From assembly GCF_036323395.1 (NCBI RefSeq), contig NZ_AP028907.1, positions 2,130,001-2,162,000 of the forward strand: DNA of 32,000 nucleotides, in the 5' to 3' direction. Numbering within the stretch: position 1 is the stretch's first letter; every line of letters begins with the position of its first letter. Positions 28,794 through 32,000 of this stretch are shown piece by piece. The DNA comes from Pyrodictium abyssi (GTDB lineage Archaea; Thermoproteota; Thermoprotei_A; Sulfolobales; Pyrodictiaceae). The notes below the pieces were generated by a model. The model saw only the letters and a program-made list of their open reading frames with translations, was not told the DNA's origin and did no database searches. Both the position numbers and the translations under genes were made by a program.

Positions 28794-29849
28794 GTGTTGA
28801 GGGTCGAGGAGAGGCTGGGGCTCCGCAGGCTAGCCGGGTGGGGCCGCCGCCGGGTCTACATAGTGGAGGAGCCGCTCCCCCTCATGGGGGTCATCCAGTT
28901 CGGCGTCATAGACCGCGGGACCAACGTGCTCCAGGTCCGGCCCACCACGGTCTGCCCCCTCTCCTGCGTGTTCTGCAGCGTCGACGCGGGCCCCGGGAGC
29001 CGGTGGAGACAGGCAGAGTACATCGTGGAGCCCCGGTGGCTAGCCCAGTGGGTCGAGGAGGCGGCCAGAGAGAAGGGCGTCTCGGTCGAGGCCCTGATAG
29101 ACGGTGTCGGGGACCCGTTCTCCTACCCCTGGCTCCCCAGGCTCGTCCGTCTCCTCAAGGAGACCGGCGTGGTGGCGAGCGTCGCCGCGGAGACCCACGG
29201 CGGGACCCTCACCCGGGAGCTGGTGGACCGGCTGGAGGAGGCCGGTCTCGACCGGGTCAACCTCAGCATAGAGTCGCTGGACCCCGAGAAGGCCCGGAGA
29301 CTCGCCGGGGCGCCATGGTACGACGTGGAGCGTGTCAGGAAGGTAGCCGAGTACATCGCCAGGGAGACTAGCATAGACCTCCACGTCACCCCGGTCTGGC
29401 TCCCCGGCGTCAACGACAAGGACATCGTGGAGATAATCGAGTGGGCGTACCGGATAGGCGCGGGGAAGCGCTGGCCACCAGTCACCGTGCAGAAGTACAT
29501 AGCGCACCGCCACGGCCGCAGGCCGCCCGGCGTGAGGGAGCCCAGCTGGGACGAGTACTGGGAGTGGATACGCGAGCTAGAGAAGAGGACCGGCCGGAGG
29601 CTCACATGGAGCATGGAGGAGTGGGGTATGCGCTACGCGCCCCGGGTCCGCCAGCCGCTCCGCAGGGGCCAGGTGGCGAAGCTCCAGGTCGTGGGCCCGG
29701 GCTGGCTCCGCGGCGAGCAGCTCGCGGCGACGCTTGACCGGCGCCGGCTCGTCACACTGGTCGGCGCGAGGGGGCTCGAGCCCGGCGACCTAGTGCTGGC
29801 GAGGATCACGAGGGACCGCGACGGGATATTCATAGCAAGGGTAGCCTAG
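28794..29849 (+). CDS. radical SAM protein (COG2100-like) with a C-terminal TRAM/OB-like segment
   Basis: CPLSCVFCS is a CxxxCxxC cluster motif. It has a TIM-barrel-like core and the C-terminal segment GQVAKLQVVG...GDLVLARITRDRDGIFIARV. Confidence 0.85.
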   Translation: MLRVEERLGLRRLAGWGRRRVYIVEEPLPLMGVIQFGVIDRGTNVLQVRPTTVCPLSCVFCSVDAGPGSRWRQAEYIVEPRWLAQWVEEAAREKGVSVEALIDGVGDPFSYPWLPRLVRLLKETGVVASVAAETHGGTLTRELVDRLEEAGLDRVNLSIESLDPEKARRLAGAPWYDVERVRKVAEYIARETSIDLHVTPVWLPGVNDKDIVEIIEWAYRIGAGKRWPPVTVQKYIAHRHGRRPPGVREPSWDEYWEWIRELEKRTGRRLTWSMEEWGMRYAPRVRQPLRRGQVAKLQVVGPGWLRGEQLAATLDRRRLVTLVGARGLEPGDLVLARITRDRDGIFIARVA

Positions 29850-30465
29850 CCCCACCGCCCATCTTCACGGCTATGAGGAGGCCGAACCGGGTCGGCACCG
29901 TCGTGGACTTCCAGGGCCAGCGCCGCACGTTCTCGAAGAACGCGTCCGGGGGGCGCGGCTGGTACGCGTTGTGGAAGACCGCTACCCCGCCGTGGCGGAG
30001 CTTGTCCTCCAGCGTGCGGAGCACCAGGGGGTAGAGACCCTTCTCCACGTCCACGAAGGCTATGTCTAGGCTCTCGTCCGGGAGCCCCATGAGGTACTCC
30101 ACGGCGTCCGCGCGGACGGCCTCAAGCTCTATGTTGCGGAGCTCAGCCTCCTCGAGGACCATCCGTAGCCGGTGGTACCGCGGCTCCTCCTTCTCCACGG
30201 CGACGACCCGGCAGCGGCCTATACACGCCTCGTCTATCCCGCGGGCTAGCCAGAGCGTCGAGAACCCTATCCCCGCCCCCAGGTCCACGGCGAGTATGTC
30301 CCGCTCGCTGCTACTATGCATTGTGGTGTACAGGTAGCCTATCGCGTAGAGCGCGGCCCCGTCCTCGCGCTGGATAGGCGTCAGCCCTATACGCGTAGAC
30401 TCGTCCTCCACCCTGTAGAGGAGCTCGACGAAGTAGTCCTCGCCGCCCCCGAACGGTAGCATCAC
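29830..30465 (-). CDS. class I SAM-dependent O-methyltransferase (family 3 / caffeoyl-CoA OMT-like)
   Basis: ILAVDLGAGIGFSTLWLA SAM motif, IAFVDVEK and GGVAVFHNA. The start is GTG 30465 or ATG 30462. Its 3' end overlaps the radical SAM gene by 20 nt (convergent). Confidence 0.8.
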   Translation of the reverse strand: MMLPFGGGEDYFVELLYRVEDESTRIGLTPIQREDGAALYAIGYLYTTMHSSSERDILAVDLGAGIGFSTLWLARGIDEACIGRCRVVAVEKEEPRYHRLRMVLEEAELRNIELEAVRADAVEYLMGLPDESLDIAFVDVEKGLYPLVLRTLEDKLRHGGVAVFHNAYQPRPPDAFFENVRRWPWKSTTVPTRFGLLIAVKMGGGARLPLL

Positions 30466-30852
30466 AGTGCCCCGGCCTCGCTAGCAGGTTCTCGCCCGGG
30501 AGCCCCTTGGCCCCTGGTGTAGGAGGCGGGGAGCCAGCCCCCGAGAAGCTAGGCGGCGGGGCCCAGGTTAAGAAGGTTATAGAACATGCATGGGGTGTTG
30601 CTGCAGGCGTAGAGGAGATAAGGATGTGGCCCGGGAGGGCGTGGGAGAGCCCGTATACCGGGGTCTAACCCTAGCCACGTGTACGGGCCGCGGGTCTGCC
30701 CCCGCTCCGCCGCCAGCATCCGGGGCACCCCCGGGCGATGGGCGGTACCCCTCCGGGTTCCCCCGCGGCCCACAACGCGCATAGCGCGGCTCTACGTCAG
30801 CGTTATAGAGGGGGCTCCAGTGGACCCGCTTTAACCCGGGTAAAACGGGGCC

Positions 30853-31626
30853 TTGGTGGAGCTAGCGCCGGGCGTCGAGACTGTAGCGGACCTGCCGGCG
30901 GCGTACATACGGAGGCTACGCGCACTAGTCCTGGCGGACACGCACCTGGGCTTCGAGGAGGAGGCGGCCCAGCAGGGCCTCTACGTGCCCAGGATACAGC
31001 TGCTACGCACCATGGAGGTGCTCCGCCAGGGCCTAGACCTCACCGGCGCCGACTGGGTGATACTAGCCGGCGACGTGAAGCACAGCTTCTCCAGGCTCCT
31101 CCGCAGCGAGCGCGAGGAGCTGTCCCGGGTCTTCCAGTACCTGGTCAGGGAGAGGAGCGTACGGGTCACCGTGGTCCGGGGCAACCACGACAACTACCTC
31201 CCAATAGTTGCCAAGGACTACGGGGTAGAGATAGTCCAGGAGCTCTACGAGAAAGGTGTGCTCGTCACCCACGGGCACAGGAAGCCCCAGGGCGGCTACC
31301 CCGGCAGAGTAGAGGTCGTGGTGATAGGCCACGAGCACCCCAGCTTAAGGCTACGCGACCGCCTAGGCTACGTGGCGAAGCTCCCCGCCTTCCTCTCAGC
31401 GCCCTACCCGGCTCTCCAGGCGCGCCTCGTAGTCCTCCCAGCCGTGGGCCAGTACCAGACTGGCACCACGATATCCCTCAGCCCCGACACCTACCTCTCC
31501 CCGATACTCCGCGAAGAGGTCCCCCTGGCCGAGGTCAAGCCCTACGTGCTCGCCGAGGAGCTAGGCGTGCTCGAGTTCCCCGAGCTAGCGCTCCTGGAGG
31601 ACCTCCTAGACCAGGTAGAGCTCTAG
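30853..31626 (+). CDS. metallophosphoesterase (SbcD/Mre11-related, MJ0037/TIGR00024-like)
   Basis: The LVLADTHLG, ILAGDVKH, VVRGNHDN, THGH and GHEHP motifs appear in canonical order. TTG start. Confidence 0.85.
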   Translation: MVELAPGVETVADLPAAYIRRLRALVLADTHLGFEEEAAQQGLYVPRIQLLRTMEVLRQGLDLTGADWVILAGDVKHSFSRLLRSEREELSRVFQYLVRERSVRVTVVRGNHDNYLPIVAKDYGVEIVQELYEKGVLVTHGHRKPQGGYPGRVEVVVIGHEHPSLRLRDRLGYVAKLPAFLSAPYPALQARLVVLPAVGQYQTGTTISLSPDTYLSPILREEVPLAEVKPYVLAEELGVLEFPELALLEDLLDQVEL

Positions 31627-31733
31627 CCGCAGCCCCGGGGGTGATGAGCAGGCCGGCTAGCCCCCGGCCCCCACCGAACCCCCGCCAGCCCCCAAGGGGA
31701 TGTGGCTGCCGCGGTTTACTGACCCCCCGGGGC

Positions 31734-31982
31734 CTAGGCGTGCTCGAGTATGTCCGCTGCCTGGGGGAGCAGGTGCCAGTCGAGGCAGCCACGGAGCCGG
31801 AGCACGTCAGCAGCCTGCCGTAGCAGCGCAGCAGCATACTCCGCGTCCTCCGGGCCACCAGCGCCCGACGCCAGGTCCTCGATTAGTCTCAGCGCCTCCC
31901 CGAGCTCCGGCGTAGAGCCGCAGGAGAGCTCCACAGCTCGGGCCACCGCGTAGGCCTCCTCGAGAGCGCGCCGGTACACCAT
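31734..31982 (-). CDS. hypothetical small helical protein
   Basis: 82-aa ORF with an ATG start and host-like codon usage. It lies in a very GC-rich region with several overlapping shadow ORFs, so support is weak. Confidence 0.3.
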   Translation of the reverse strand: MVYRRALEEAYAVARAVELSCGSTPELGEALRLIEDLASGAGGPEDAEYAAALLRQAADVLRLRGCLDWHLLPQAADILEHA

Positions 31983-32000
31983 CAGCCACCGGCCCCCGGA

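Noticed and set aside
30466-30852. SRP (7S) RNA or RNase P RNA as an explanation for the GC-rich ORF-free gap
   Set aside because: I found no UGUAAC-type Alu-domain motif and no GGAA-tetraloop helix-8 motif (..CCCGGAAGGGAGCA..), which rules against SRP RNA. I found no GAGGAAAGUCC / ACAGAA..GGCUUA motifs on either strand, which rules against RNase P RNA.
30738-31823. 361-aa plus-strand ORF, the longest ORF in this region
   Set aside because: It is extremely Arg/Pro/Gly-rich (RRGPPGRG...) and lies in an alternative frame of the well-supported metallophosphoesterase gene (30853..31626). It is a typical GC-driven shadow ORF.

Overview
This is a 32 kb window from a high-GC archaeon, roughly 60% GC by eye. 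Gene content points to a hyperthermophilic crenarchaeon of the Desulfurococcales/Pyrodictiaceae type: the FEN-1 and Orc1/Cdc6 proteins resemble my memory of the Aeropyrum pernix orthologues but are not identical, and there is an aKMT-like lysine methyltransferase and a PaREP1-family protein. Most of the window is densely packed housekeeping genes. They include a Zn-ADH, Nob1, NAD kinase, Trm5/Taw2, PCM, FEN-1, CDC48, the aEF-1beta/Zn-ribbon/Pth2 cluster, TruD, a NusA-like KH protein, Orc1/Cdc6, a sulfide:quinone oxidoreductase (SQR)-like flavoprotein followed by DUF1641 and a metallo-beta-lactamase (MBL)-fold gene, DUF99, a nitroreductase, a modABC transporter with an embedded tfx-like regulator, a radical-SAM protein, two methyltransferases and a metallophosphoesterase. 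There are two tRNA genes, Ala-GGC and Lys-UUU, and no rRNA or CRISPR array. Many ORF-track entries are GC-driven shadow ORFs or N-terminal over-extensions, and I re-called those starts. The clearest accessory signal is an SSV-type integrase N-terminal fragment that reads antisense into the 3' half of tRNA-Ala. It is followed by a low-GC island remnant of about 1.4 kb containing CTCTA iteron-like repeats, an AbrB-like gene and two tandem paralogous small ORFs, lying directly upstream of orc1/cdc6. Other points worth a second look: (1) two vapBC modules in which all four genes carry frameshifts; (2) a KH-protein gene whose conserved N-terminal Zn-ribbon segment is one base out of frame with its only ATG; (3) a 387-bp ORF-free, GC-rich, highly structured spacer containing an H/ACA-like hairpin; (4) a convergent intergenic spacer with C/D-box-like motifs around four C5 runs. 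I found no convincing complete novel multi-gene system. The structured-RNA and replication-origin ideas are hypotheses only.
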